Source: Minisyncoccota bacterium (GTDB lineage: Bacteria; Patescibacteriota; Minisyncoccia; Minisyncoccales; RBG-13-42-11). Taken from it: a stretch of 64,000 nucleotides of DNA. Shown here in pieces: positions 1 through 7,867 of this stretch. The stretch spans positions 78,473-142,472 of the forward strand of contig JADHYE010000001.1 of assembly GCA_016782605.1 (NCBI GenBank), read 5' to 3'. Every line of letters begins with the position of its first letter. Position 1 is the stretch's first letter. Under the pieces are notes generated by a model that was given only the letters and a program-made list of their open reading frames with translations, was not told the origin of the DNA and did not search any database. Both the position numbers and the translations under genes were made by a program.

Positions 1-473
1 ACCAAATCCTTCTTAATTCCGGAAATAGCGATAACGTTCTTTTGCACTGAAACATTAAGACCTTCCGGAATCTTTATCTTTACCGGCTCGCTGAAACCGA
101 CAAATAAAGATATCTCCTGGTCAACCATTTCTACTTTAAAACCGACCCCTTCAATCTCCAATTTTTTCTCAAAGTCAGAAACAACTCCTTTAACCATATT
201 CTCTATCATCATTCTTGTCATTCCCCATAAAGATTTTACCTGCTTTGCCTTTCTGCCGGGAATCTTTTTTTCCTCTAATATTTCCTTTTTGGGCAAAACA
301 AATATTTTATCTTCTTTCATTTCAATGCTAATTTCCGGTCGAAAATCTTTTGAAATTTCGCCTTTCGGACCTTTGACCGAAACATTATTCCCCTGTATTT
401 TCACCTCAACTCCCTGCGGTATTAAAATTGGTTTTTTGCCGACTCGCGACGTTAGTTCTACCATATTTCGCAT
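1..473 (-). CDS. rplF: 50S ribosomal protein L6 (3' end runs off the window)
   Basis: Own translation from the ATG at 473 gives MRNMVELTSRVGKKPILIPQGVEVKIQGNNVSVKGPKGE..., an L6-type N-terminus. GGAG lies upstream. The gene follows S8 in spc-operon order. Confidence 0.9.
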   Translation of the reverse strand, partial: MRNMVELTSRVGKKPILIPQGVEVKIQGNNVSVKGPKGEISKDFRPEISIEMKEDKIFVLPKKEILEEKKIPGRKAKQVKSLWGMTRMMIENMVKGVVSDFEKKLEIEGVGFKVEMVDQEISLFVGFSEPVKIKIPEGLNVSVQKNVIAISGIKKDL

Positions 474-847
474 AAAATTTCTCCTCCTCTTTTTTGTTTT
501 CTGGCTTCCTTATCAGTCATCAAACCTTTTGACGTGGAAATGACTGCCATGCCGTGGCCGTCTTTCACTCTTTTTATCCGGGTTGAATTAACGTAAATCC
601 TCTGGCCGGGTTTGGAAACCTTTTTCAATCCGGAAATTGCCGGAATCTTATCTTCGTACTTTAAAGTGATTTCCATGGTTTTCCTGTTTTTCCTGCCTTT
701 TTTATCAATCCCGCTGATAAAGCCTTGCCTCTCCAATAATTTAGCTATCTCGTATTTGAAATTAGAAAAAACAACCTCGACTGTCGGATGATTAACAGCT
801 TGAGCGTTTTTTATTGTATTTAACATGTCTGCTACTGGGTCTGTCAT
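458..847 (-). CDS. rpsH: 30S ribosomal protein S8
   Basis: ORF track 129 aa, MTDPVADMLNTIKNA...GGEILCEIW, a typical S8 sequence in the expected operon position. Confidence 0.95.
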   Translation of the reverse strand: MTDPVADMLNTIKNAQAVNHPTVEVVFSNFKYEIAKLLERQGFISGIDKKGRKNRKTMEITLKYEDKIPAISGLKKVSKPGQRIYVNSTRIKRVKDGHGMAVISTSKGLMTDKEARKQKRGGEILCEIW

Positions 848-853
848 ATATTT

Positions 854-1039
854 TTACCAACTGCTTTTTTTAACTCCTGGTATTAATCCTTGATTGGCCA
901 TTTCCCTGAAACAAATCCTGCATAATCCGAATTTCCTCATATATGCCCTTTTCCTGCCGCACCTGAAACAGCGCCTGACTATCCGGCTTTTGTATTTTGG
1001 CTTTTTCTTTGATTTTTCTATTTGTGATTTTGTCGCCAT
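854..1039 (-). CDS. rpsZ: 30S ribosomal protein S14, type Z (zinc-binding)
   Basis: 61 aa with CFRCGRK...CRIC (Cys4) and a C-terminal W. Lies between L5 and S8. Confidence 0.95.
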   Translation of the reverse strand: MATKSQIEKSKKKPKYKSRIVRRCFRCGRKRAYMRKFGLCRICFREMANQGLIPGVKKSSW

Positions 1040-1040
1040 A

Positions 1041-1175
1041 CCCCGTATATCATCTTCCAGTTACTTCGTAATGCGAAGTGAAAGAAGTTTGTTTTATTAT
1101 ATTAAACTCATTTCTTTGTTTTAAATATTGCATGGGATTATATATATTAAGCATTCTGGAAGTTGTATTACAGGG
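1041..1175. mobile_element. MITE-like element, copy A (135 bp)
   Basis: Left end is CCCCGTATATCATCTTCCAG and right end is CTGGAAGTTGTATTACAGGG. Flanked by the direct repeat CATA (1037-1040 and 1176-1179). The interior is AT-rich. Two more copies occur in this window. Confidence 0.8.
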
Positions 1176-1183
1176 CATATTTC

Positions 1184-1741
1184 CTATTTTTTAATGGGAA
1201 ATCCCAATAATTTAAATAATTCCAATCCTTCTTCTTTGGTTTTAGAATTGGTGGCCACGGTGATTTCCAGACCGAAAATGTTCCTGGCTTTTTCCGGCAG
1301 AATTTCAGGAAAAGCAATGTGCTCTTTAATGGCAACGGTTAAATTTCCCTGCCCGTCAACCGAATCCTGGGGAATCCCCCTGAAATCCCTTGTCCTGGGA
1401 AGAACAATATTGATAAACCTTTCTAAAAAATCCTGCATTCTTTTTCCCCTTAAGGTAACTTTTGCGCCCAGAGCCATGCCTTCGCGAATCTTGAAACTTG
1501 AAATGGCTTTTTTCGCGTAGGTTTTTACAGCTTTCTGGCCGCAAATCAAAGTAAGATCTCCTGCAATAAAATCAGCTGTCTTTTTCTGCTCGTCATTCGT
1601 CTTACCAACCACCTGCCTGCCAAAACCAGTGTTAACCACCACCTTCTCCAACCTTGGTACAGCCATAGTGCTCTTGTAACCGAATTTCTCCATCATCTGG
1701 GGAATTGCTTCTTTTTTGTATTTTTCGGTTATCTTCATCAT
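1184..1741 (-). CDS. rplE: 50S ribosomal protein L5
   Basis: ORF 1184..1795 contains KFGYKSTMAVPRLEKVVVNTG. I place the start at the MM at 1741 (MMKITEKYKK), just after the L24 stop at 1746. Confidence 0.9.
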   Translation of the reverse strand: MMKITEKYKKEAIPQMMEKFGYKSTMAVPRLEKVVVNTGFGRQVVGKTNDEQKKTADFIAGDLTLICGQKAVKTYAKKAISSFKIREGMALGAKVTLRGKRMQDFLERFINIVLPRTRDFRGIPQDSVDGQGNLTVAIKEHIAFPEILPEKARNIFGLEITVATNSKTKEEGLELFKLLGFPIKK

Positions 1742-1745
1742 AAAT

Positions 1746-2066
1746 TTAAGTTTCCTGGCTGCATTTCTTGCAGACTCTGGCTTTTGATTTCTCACCCTTG
1801 GTGTTTGTCGTTAATTTGTATCCTGTTCTTGTCGGCCTGCCGCACTTTGAACAAATCAATTTTACGCTGGAAACGGAAACAACGCCAGGCAAAGTAATAA
1901 TCTGGCCTTTTTCTCCGGATTTTTTGGGTCTTTTGTGCTTCTTTCTCAAATTAACGCCCTCTACCATCAATCTGTTTTCTTTGGGAAAAACCTGAAGAAT
2001 TTTTCCTCTTTTTCCCCGATCTTTTCCGGAAACTACTAAAATTGTATCGCCCTTTTTAATCTTCAT
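1746..2066 (-). CDS. rplX: 50S ribosomal protein L24 (carries a CxxC...CxxC pair)
   Basis: [26 protein letters not shown] is a KOW motif. The C-terminal half has [14 protein letters not shown]...VCKKC. Confidence 0.9.
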   Translation of the reverse strand: MKIKKGDTILVVSGKDRGKRGKILQVFPKENRLMVEGVNLRKKHKRPKKSGEKGQIITLPGVVSVSSVKLICSKCGRPTRTGYKLTTNTKGEKSKARVCKKCSQET

Positions 2067-2434
2067 ATAATTTCAGTTGCCAAAGAGGCTATTTTTTCAA
2101 AACCTTTTTCCCTGATTTCCCTGGGAATCGGACCGAGAATCCTTCCTCCTTTGGGCTCTTTGGTTTTGGCTTCCAAAATAACAGCCGCGTTTTCATCAAA
2201 CCTGATATATGTGCCGTCGGCCCTGCGGAAATTCTTTTTCTGACGGACTATCACCGCCCTGACAACCTCGTGCTTTTTGACTATTCTCCTCGGTTCAGCT
2301 TCCTTGACCGCGGCCACAATCACGTCGCCTATCTGGGCATAATGCCTTTTCGTTCCTCCTAAAACATGAAAGCACTGGATTATCTTTGCTCCGGTATTGT
2401 CAATGATTTTTAATTTTGTTCTTGGTTGAATCAT
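2063..2434 (-). CDS. rplN: 50S ribosomal protein L14
   Basis: [17 protein letters not shown]... is a canonical L14 sequence. Confidence 0.95.
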   Translation of the reverse strand: MIQPRTKLKIIDNTGAKIIQCFHVLGGTKRHYAQIGDVIVAAVKEAEPRRIVKKHEVVRAVIVRQKKNFRRADGTYIRFDENAAVILEAKTKEPKGGRILGPIPREIREKGFEKIASLATEII

Positions 2435-2436
2435 AT

Positions 2437-2676
2437 TTATTTAGCCAATTTTTTAACAACTTTCCATTTTTTGTCTTTGGAAAGCGGCCTGCATTCTTCA
2501 ATAACAACCTTATCTCCCGGTAAAAAATCCCCTTCCTCAACATGGGCTTTGTAGTTCTTGTGTACCCTGAATCTTCTTTTGTATTTGGGATGCTCTTTCA
2601 ATCTTTCAATTCTGACGACAACCGTCTTTTGCATCTTATTTGAAATGATATTTCCGATTAATTGTTTCTTTGGCAT
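2437..2676 (-). CDS. rpsQ: 30S ribosomal protein S17
   Basis: 79 aa, [19 protein letters not shown]..., in the expected operon order. Confidence 0.9.
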   Translation of the reverse strand: MPKKQLIGNIISNKMQKTVVVRIERLKEHPKYKRRFRVHKNYKAHVEEGDFLPGDKVVIEECRPLSKDKKWKVVKKLAK

Positions 2677-2678
2677 AG

Positions 2679-2861
2679 TTATTTGGCTAATATGGTTAAT
2701 ATCTGGGAAATTTCTTTTTTAATTCTGCGGATTTCCCTGACGTTTTTTACTTTTCCGGCAGCTAAATCAAACCTAAGCTGCCTTGTTTTTCCCCTGTTGT
2801 CTCTCAAAATCTTTTGCAGCTCTTCTTTCGGTTTTTTGATTAATTCGTCAATCTTTTTCAT
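2679..2861 (-). CDS. rpmC: 50S ribosomal protein L29
   Basis: 60 aa helical protein lying between L16 and S17. Confidence 0.85.
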   Translation of the reverse strand: MKKIDELIKKPKEELQKILRDNRGKTRQLRFDLAAGKVKNVREIRRIKKEISQILTILAK

Positions 2862-2864
2862 AGT

Positions 2865-3275
2865 TTATCTTTGAATTATTTTCGTTTTAATGGGCAGTTT
2901 GTCTGCTGCTTTTCCGAAAGCTTCTTTGACGACTTCTTCTTTCAAACCGTCCAATTCAAAAATTATCCTGCCGGGTTTAACTGAAAAAACGTAATGATCA
3001 ACGCTTCCCTTGCCTCCGCCCATGGGAACCTCTATTCCTTTTTGGGTTACTGGTTTGTCCGGAAAAATCCTGATCCAAAGCTTTCCTCCTTTTTTAAGGT
3101 ATCTGAGAATGGCCCGTCTGGATGCTTCTAGCTGTCTGGCTGTAACCCAGAGAGTCTGTAAAGAAACCAATCCGAAAGAACCGAAAGACAATTTGTTTCC
3201 CCGGGTTTCTATACCTTTGGAGCGTCCCCTATGCCACTTCCTGTGTTTAACTTTTTTGGGCATTAATATGGACAT
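2865..3275 (-). CDS. rplP: 50S ribosomal protein L16
   Basis: MPKKVKHRKWHRGR...GGGKGSVDHYV. The start could instead be the internal M at 3263. Confidence 0.93.
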   Translation of the reverse strand: MSILMPKKVKHRKWHRGRSKGIETRGNKLSFGSFGLVSLQTLWVTARQLEASRRAILRYLKKGGKLWIRIFPDKPVTQKGIEVPMGGGKGSVDHYVFSVKPGRIIFELDGLKEEVVKEAFGKAADKLPIKTKIIQR

Positions 3276-3280
3276 GGTCT

Positions 3281-3928
3281 TTAATCAAATTTATCCCCTT
3301 TATATATCCAAACCTTTATACCTATTGTTCCGTAAGTGCAGAAAGCTTGGTCTTGGATAAAATCAATGTCAGCTCTTATGGTCTGGCGAGGCAGCCTGCC
3401 TTTTTGCAGCCATTCCCTCCTGGCAATTTCTGCGCCATTCAATCTTCCTTTCATCTCAATCCTGGCTCCCTTGACCTGTTTTGACAAAGAAATCTTTTCC
3501 AGAGTTTGCTTCAAAACCTTTCTGAAAGGAACTCTCTTTTCAATTTGCTGGGCAACATATTGGGCAGACAAGGCGGCTGAAGACCAAACATCCTTGATTT
3601 CCCTTATCTCAATCCTGACTTCCTTCTTGGCTTTGTTGTTCTCTAAGACCTTCATTTCCAACCCCTTTTTCATTTCTTCAATACCTGAGCCTCCCCGACC
3701 GATAATCAATCCTGGCCTGGCGCTGAAAATAATGATATTCAACTTCCCGGAAAATCTTTCAATTTCAACTTTTTCCACTCCCAGCTTGCCGATTTTCTTT
3801 TTAAGGTATTCCCTAATTTTAAAATCCTCCTCCAAATATTTGGGGAAATTCTTTTGATCAAACCATCGCGAATTCCAGTTTGCAAGATCTCTCAGCCTGT
3901 ATGATTTTGGATGAACTTTGTGTGCCAT
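3281..3928 (-). CDS. rpsC: 30S ribosomal protein S3
   Basis: MAHKVHPKSYRLRDLANWNSRWF plus the KH-domain motif GRGGSGIEE. Confidence 0.95.
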   Translation of the reverse strand: MAHKVHPKSYRLRDLANWNSRWFDQKNFPKYLEEDFKIREYLKKKIGKLGVEKVEIERFSGKLNIIIFSARPGLIIGRGGSGIEEMKKGLEMKVLENNKAKKEVRIEIREIKDVWSSAALSAQYVAQQIEKRVPFRKVLKQTLEKISLSKQVKGARIEMKGRLNGAEIARREWLQKGRLPRQTIRADIDFIQDQAFCTYGTIGIKVWIYKGDKFD

Positions 3929-3934
3929 ATGGTT

Positions 3935-4459
3935 TTAAAATGCTTTTCTTCTGAAAATACGGTTTATTCCCTTTTGGCCTCTTGGCTTTTTCTCTTCAAG
4001 CTTCGGCCTGAATTTTTCCCTGTCTGACAGAGTTTTTTCGGTTTTCAAGGGTTTTTTCTCTTCTTTCACTTCTTCTGTGGCCTTTTCAACCAAAGGTTTC
4101 TTAACTTTCGCTTTTTTCTTGGTTTTGGTTTTTTCGTCAAGAACAAGAATGATGTGGGAACTTTTTTTCTGAATCTCGTAAGCCTGGCCCTTAGAACGGG
4201 CTCTCCACCTCTTGAATTTCGGCCCTTCGTCAACCATGATTTTTGAAATATATAAATTGTCAGGTTCTAACTGGAAAAGATTCTGGGCGCTGGTCACGGC
4301 CTGTTTTAAAAGTTTTGCCAAAGGCAAGGAAGATTTCTTCACAGCAAAATTAAGCAAGTTTTCTGCCTCTTTCACTGATTTTCCCCTTATCAAATCCGCT
4401 GTCAAACGAACCTTTCTGGGAGCTATTCTTAAATAATTTAATTTAGCTGTAACCGGCAT
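3935..4459 (-). CDS. rplV: 50S ribosomal protein L22 with a Lys/Glu-rich C-terminal tail
   Basis: ORF 3935..4624 overlaps S19. MPVTAKLNYLRIAPRKVRL starts at 4459, directly after the S19 stop at 4464. Confidence 0.9.
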   Translation of the reverse strand: MPVTAKLNYLRIAPRKVRLTADLIRGKSVKEAENLLNFAVKKSSLPLAKLLKQAVTSAQNLFQLEPDNLYISKIMVDEGPKFKRWRARSKGQAYEIQKKSSHIILVLDEKTKTKKKAKVKKPLVEKATEEVKEEKKPLKTEKTLSDREKFRPKLEEKKPRGQKGINRIFRRKAF

Positions 4460-4463
4460 ATTT

Positions 4464-4778
4464 TTATTTTTCAGGTGTTTCGGCTGCTTTTTCTGAAGCT
4501 TTTGATTCCAATTCTCTCTGCATCCTTCCGCCGTGCCTGCCGAACTTAGTGGTCGGAGAAAATTCGCCCAGCTTGTGGCCGACCATGTTTTCTGCTGCTT
4601 TAACTGTAATGAATTCCCTGCCATTATGGACGCCGAAAGTAAAACCGATCATTTCAGGAGTGATTGTTGACCTTCTTGACCAGGTTTTAATAATTTCCTT
4701 GCCCTCAGGTTTCAAATTCTTTATCTTTTTCAATAATTTTTCGTCCACAAAAGGACCTTTCTTAATTGATCTTGACAT
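4464..4778 (-). CDS. rpsS: 30S ribosomal protein S19
   Basis: [18 protein letters not shown]...GHKLGEF is a canonical S19 sequence. Confidence 0.95.
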   Translation of the reverse strand: MSRSIKKGPFVDEKLLKKIKNLKPEGKEIIKTWSRRSTITPEMIGFTFGVHNGREFITVKAAENMVGHKLGEFSPTTKFGRHGGRMQRELESKASEKAAETPEK

Positions 4779-4779
4779 A

Positions 4780-4911
4780 CCCTGTATATCAACATCCAGG
4801 CATTTTCAATGCGAAAACACTCTGAAGGTTGTCTTTATTTAATAATATATTCAACATAATAATTTTAATTAAGCTTTCAATACGAAGTATTCTGGATGTT
4901 GTATTACGGGG
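4780..4911. mobile_element. MITE-like element, copy B (132 bp)
   Basis: Left end is CCCTGTATATCAACATCCAG and right end is CTGGATGTTGTATTACGGGG. Flanked by CATA (4776-4779 and 4912-4915). The T-to-A change in the left arm is matched by the complementary change in the right arm. Confidence 0.8.
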
Positions 4912-4915
4912 CATA

Positions 4916-5695
4916 TTATTTCTTCTTGTGTTTTCTCCTTTGAATGATTAATTTGCTTGTCCATTTCTTTTTTCTTGTCCTAACTCCCATTGCTATCTTG
5001 CCCCAGGGAGTTTTGGCATGCTTCATACCGATTGAAGACCTCCCCTCTCCTCCGCCATGAGGGTGGTCGGGCGGATTCATGGCTGTCCCTCTGACTGTCG
5101 GCCTTATGCCTTTATGTCTCGCTCTTCCTGCCTTTCCCACTTTGATAAACTTGTGTTCAGGAAAAGAAACCTGTCCGATTGAAGCGCAACATTCAGCTAA
5201 AATTTTTCTTGTCTCAGTAGAAGGAAAAATTAAATGGGTATACTTTCCTTCCTGAGCAACAACCCTTGCTGAAGTTCCTGCCCCTTTTACCAGTTTTCCG
5301 CCCCTGCCAGGCTCCATTTCAATGTTATATACCTGCATTCCGACAGGAATGTTCTTCAATTTCATTCTGTTCCCTGTTTTTATCTCCGCTTTTTCAGAAC
5401 AAATCACGCTGTCTCCGACTTTCAACCCATGAGGGCAAATTCTATATCTTTTTTCTCCATTATCATATTGTAAAAGACAGATAAAAGAAGTTCTGTAAGG
5501 GTCATATTCAATGGCTAAAACTTTAGCCGGAGAATCCTGTCTTTCCTGGCCGAAATCAACGATTCTGTAAAGCCGCTTTGCTCCACCGCCCTTGTGCCTG
5601 ACAGTAATCCTGCCCCGAGAATCGCGGCCAGCCCTTCTTTTCAAGGATAAAAGCAGGTTTCTTTCCGGTTGCTTTTTTGACAATATCTTTTTCAT
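4916..5695 (-). CDS. rplB: 50S ribosomal protein L2
   Basis: 259 aa with GRDSRGRITVRHKGGG and PPDHPHGGGEGR. Confidence 0.95.
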   Translation of the reverse strand: MKKILSKKQPERNLLLSLKRRAGRDSRGRITVRHKGGGAKRLYRIVDFGQERQDSPAKVLAIEYDPYRTSFICLLQYDNGEKRYRICPHGLKVGDSVICSEKAEIKTGNRMKLKNIPVGMQVYNIEMEPGRGGKLVKGAGTSARVVAQEGKYTHLIFPSTETRKILAECCASIGQVSFPEHKFIKVGKAGRARHKGIRPTVRGTAMNPPDHPHGGGEGRSSIGMKHAKTPWGKIAMGVRTRKKKWTSKLIIQRRKHKKK

Positions 5696-5697
5696 AA

Positions 5698-6117
5698 TTA
5701 ACGTGGCAATAATTCAATTTTCTGTCCTTTTTTTACCTTGGCTATCGCTTTTTTATAACCTGGTTTCATTCCTTTAATCTTGCCTATCCTTCTTTCTTTG
5801 GCAGAAACATTAATAATTCTAACTGAAACAACTTCGACTCCGTAAGTATCCTCTACCGCTTTTTTTACTTCTGTTTTATTGGCTCTTCCAAAAACCCTGA
5901 AAGTGTACTGGTTTTTTTCCGCCAAATCAGAAGCTTTTTCCGCGACATGAGGATTTCTTAAAATCTTATAGCCCTCCCCTATCTTTATCGCTTTCTTGAT
6001 CTTCGGGCCTTCTTCTTTGACTGCTTTCTTTTCCGGCTTTATTTCTTTAGCTTTTTTCGGTTTTTCTTTCTTAACCGGAACAGCAGTCTTCTTTTTAAAA
6101 ATATCTAAAATAGCCAT
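5698..6117 (-). CDS. rplW: 50S ribosomal protein L23 with a ~45-aa Lys-rich N-terminal extension
   Basis: The C-terminal ~95 aa (ILRNPHVAEKA...YTFRV...KKAIAKV) is L23-like. Lies between L4 and L2. Confidence 0.88.
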   Translation of the reverse strand: MAILDIFKKKTAVPVKKEKPKKAKEIKPEKKAVKEEGPKIKKAIKIGEGYKILRNPHVAEKASDLAEKNQYTFRVFGRANKTEVKKAVEDTYGVEVVSVRIINVSAKERRIGKIKGMKPGYKKAIAKVKKGQKIELLPR

Positions 6118-6121
6118 ACAA

Positions 6122-6751
6122 TTATTTCAAAAAAGTTTCTTTTATCAATTTGATCGCTTCTTTTGGCATGATTAAGTATTTAAAAGAAAGTATGTCCAAA
6201 GCGTTCAAGTCTTTAGCCTGAATTGTCTCAATGGTAGCGATATTCTTGCTGGAAATTATAAGGTTTTTATCCATTTTGGGCAGAACAAGCAAAGCACTCT
6301 GTTTTTTAATGGGAAGCTTTTCCAAGACAACTACCATTAATTTTGTTTTTGCCTTTTCCAGCTTCAAATCTTCCAGAACAACCATCATATTGTTTTTTAC
6401 CTTGCCAGATAAAACCATCAGCAAAGCGCTTCTCTTAACTTTCTTGTTTATCTTCTTTTTAAAAACTCTTTCTTTTCTCGGACCGAAAGTTATGCCGCCC
6501 CCGCGCCATATCGGAGAACGACGGGAACCGTGCCTGGCACGGCCTGTTCCTTTCTGCCTCCAAGGTTTTCTTCCTCCTCCCCTGACCTCTCCTCTGGTCT
6601 TGGCGTTGGCTAAAACCTGCCTGCGGTTTGCCATTTGTGCAACAACAACCTGCTGAACCAGTTGCGGATTTATCTTTACGTCAAAGATCTCCTTTGGCAG
6701 CAAAGTATTTCCAATTTCTTTTCCTTCTTGATTGTAAACATTAATTTTCAT
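6122..6751 (-). CDS. rplD: 50S ribosomal protein L4
   Basis: RGEVRGGGRKPWRQKGTGRARHGSRRSPIWRGGG is the L4 signature. Confidence 0.95.
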   Translation of the reverse strand: MKINVYNQEGKEIGNTLLPKEIFDVKINPQLVQQVVVAQMANRRQVLANAKTRGEVRGGGRKPWRQKGTGRARHGSRRSPIWRGGGITFGPRKERVFKKKINKKVKRSALLMVLSGKVKNNMMVVLEDLKLEKAKTKLMVVVLEKLPIKKQSALLVLPKMDKNLIISSKNIATIETIQAKDLNALDILSFKYLIMPKEAIKLIKETFLK

Positions 6752-6753
6752 AA

Positions 6754-7341
6754 TTATCCTTTAATTTCCAATAATCCTCCTGATGCTCCGGCAATCGCTC
6801 CCTTAACCGCCAATAAATTGTTCTCTTTATCAATTTTAACAACTTTCAAATTCTTGATGGTTTTCCTTTCTCCACCCATTCGGCCAGGCATCTTTCTGCC
6901 TTTGATTACCCTTTCTGGGAAAGAGGTTCCCGTAGAGCCCAAACTTCTCTGTTCATGTTTTGTGCCGTGGGTAGCCGGACGCCCGGAAAATCCCCACCTT
7001 TTCACTCCTCCCTGAAAACCCTTTCCTTTGGAAGTGCTGGAAACTTTAACTTTGTCCCCCTCTTCAAAAACAGAAACATTTATTTCATCTCCCTGTTTCA
7101 TCTCGCTCTTTTCATCAATCTTAAACTCTTTTAAATATCTGAATTCTTTTCCTTTTTCTGTTTTCTTAGGTTTCTTTTTTTTAACAAAGCCAACCTGAAC
7201 AGCCCAATATCTGTCTTTTTCATTCGTCTTTATTTGGGTGATATAGCAGGGACCGGCCTCAATCAGGGTGACCGGAATAACTTTTCCTTCTTCGTCGAAA
7301 ATCTGCGACATTCCCAGTTTTTTTCCTAAAATGAATTTCAT
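6754..7341 (-). CDS. rplC: 50S ribosomal protein L3
   Basis: MKFILGKKLGMSQIF... from the ATG at 7341. The track ORF starts at a TTG at 7356. Confidence 0.92.
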   Translation of the reverse strand: MKFILGKKLGMSQIFDEEGKVIPVTLIEAGPCYITQIKTNEKDRYWAVQVGFVKKKKPKKTEKGKEFRYLKEFKIDEKSEMKQGDEINVSVFEEGDKVKVSSTSKGKGFQGGVKRWGFSGRPATHGTKHEQRSLGSTGTSFPERVIKGRKMPGRMGGERKTIKNLKVVKIDKENNLLAVKGAIAGASGGLLEIKG

Positions 7342-7351
7342 AAAAACTTTT

Positions 7352-7382
7352 CTCAAATAAAATACGGGGATTCTAACCCCGC
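7352..7382 (-). terminator. Intrinsic-terminator-like hairpin in the rpsJ-rplC spacer (possible attenuator)
   Basis: The minus strand reads GCGGGG-UUAGAAU-CCCCGU followed by AUUUUAUUU, about 10 nt before the rplC start. Confidence 0.45.
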
Positions 7383-7491
7383 ATTCATTCTCATAAGGTT
7401 AGCTTGACTAATTACTTCATGAAGTTTTCTGCATAATTGTTTCTAATTATAATATCACCAAAATGAGAATTTGTAAATTCCTTTTGGCCGA

Positions 7492-7833
7492 TTACATTTT
7501 GATCTCAATATCAACGCCAGCAGGCAGATTCAAATTTATCAAAGCATCAATCACTTTCTGGCCCGGATTCAATATGTCAATCAATCTCTTATGAACTCTC
7601 AGTTCAAACTGTTCTCTCGCATCCTTGTGGACGAAAGAAGAACGATTGACTGTTTGTTTTTGGATTTCCGTAGGCAAAGGCACAGGACCCAACGTTTGGA
7701 CACCGTAACGCAAAGCCACCTCGATAATCTGGCGGGCAGAACTATCAATCACTTTATGATCGAAAGCCCTCAGTTTTATCCTTATCTTGGATTTAGCTTC
7801 TTCTTCAACTTCAGTTATTTTCTTTTTTGGCAT
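7492..7833 (-). CDS. rpsJ: 30S ribosomal protein S10
   Basis: [22 protein letters not shown]...RLIDILNP is a canonical S10 sequence. Confidence 0.95.
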   Translation of the reverse strand: MPKKKITEVEEEAKSKIRIKLRAFDHKVIDSSARQIIEVALRYGVQTLGPVPLPTEIQKQTVNRSSFVHKDAREQFELRVHKRLIDILNPGQKVIDALINLNLPAGVDIEIKM

Positions 7834-7867
7834 CTTGAAAGAACCTTTGCTTTAAATCTCTTTTTCT

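Noticed and set aside
1050-1178. The 41-42-aa peptides encoded through MITE copies A and B, considered as genuine small proteins.
   Set aside because: The two peptides share only the TIR-encoded first 8 residues, and copy C is closed. I interpret open-frame maintenance, not the peptide sequence, as the possible selected feature.
4460-4624. A 55-aa N-terminal extension of L22, with similar upstream extensions of L5, EF-Tu, L3, CapA, TrpS, UvrA and DprA track ORFs.
   Set aside because: The extensions overlap the preceding genes or intergenic repeats, and internal starts reproduce the canonical N-termini.
7364-7400. The hairpin arms in the rpsJ-rplC spacer, considered as back-to-back MITE termini (a fourth and fifth copy).
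   Set aside because: Only 8-13 nt resemble the TIRs, there is no matching distal TIR of good quality, and there is no TSD. It is mentioned as an alternative within the spacer finding but not called as an element.
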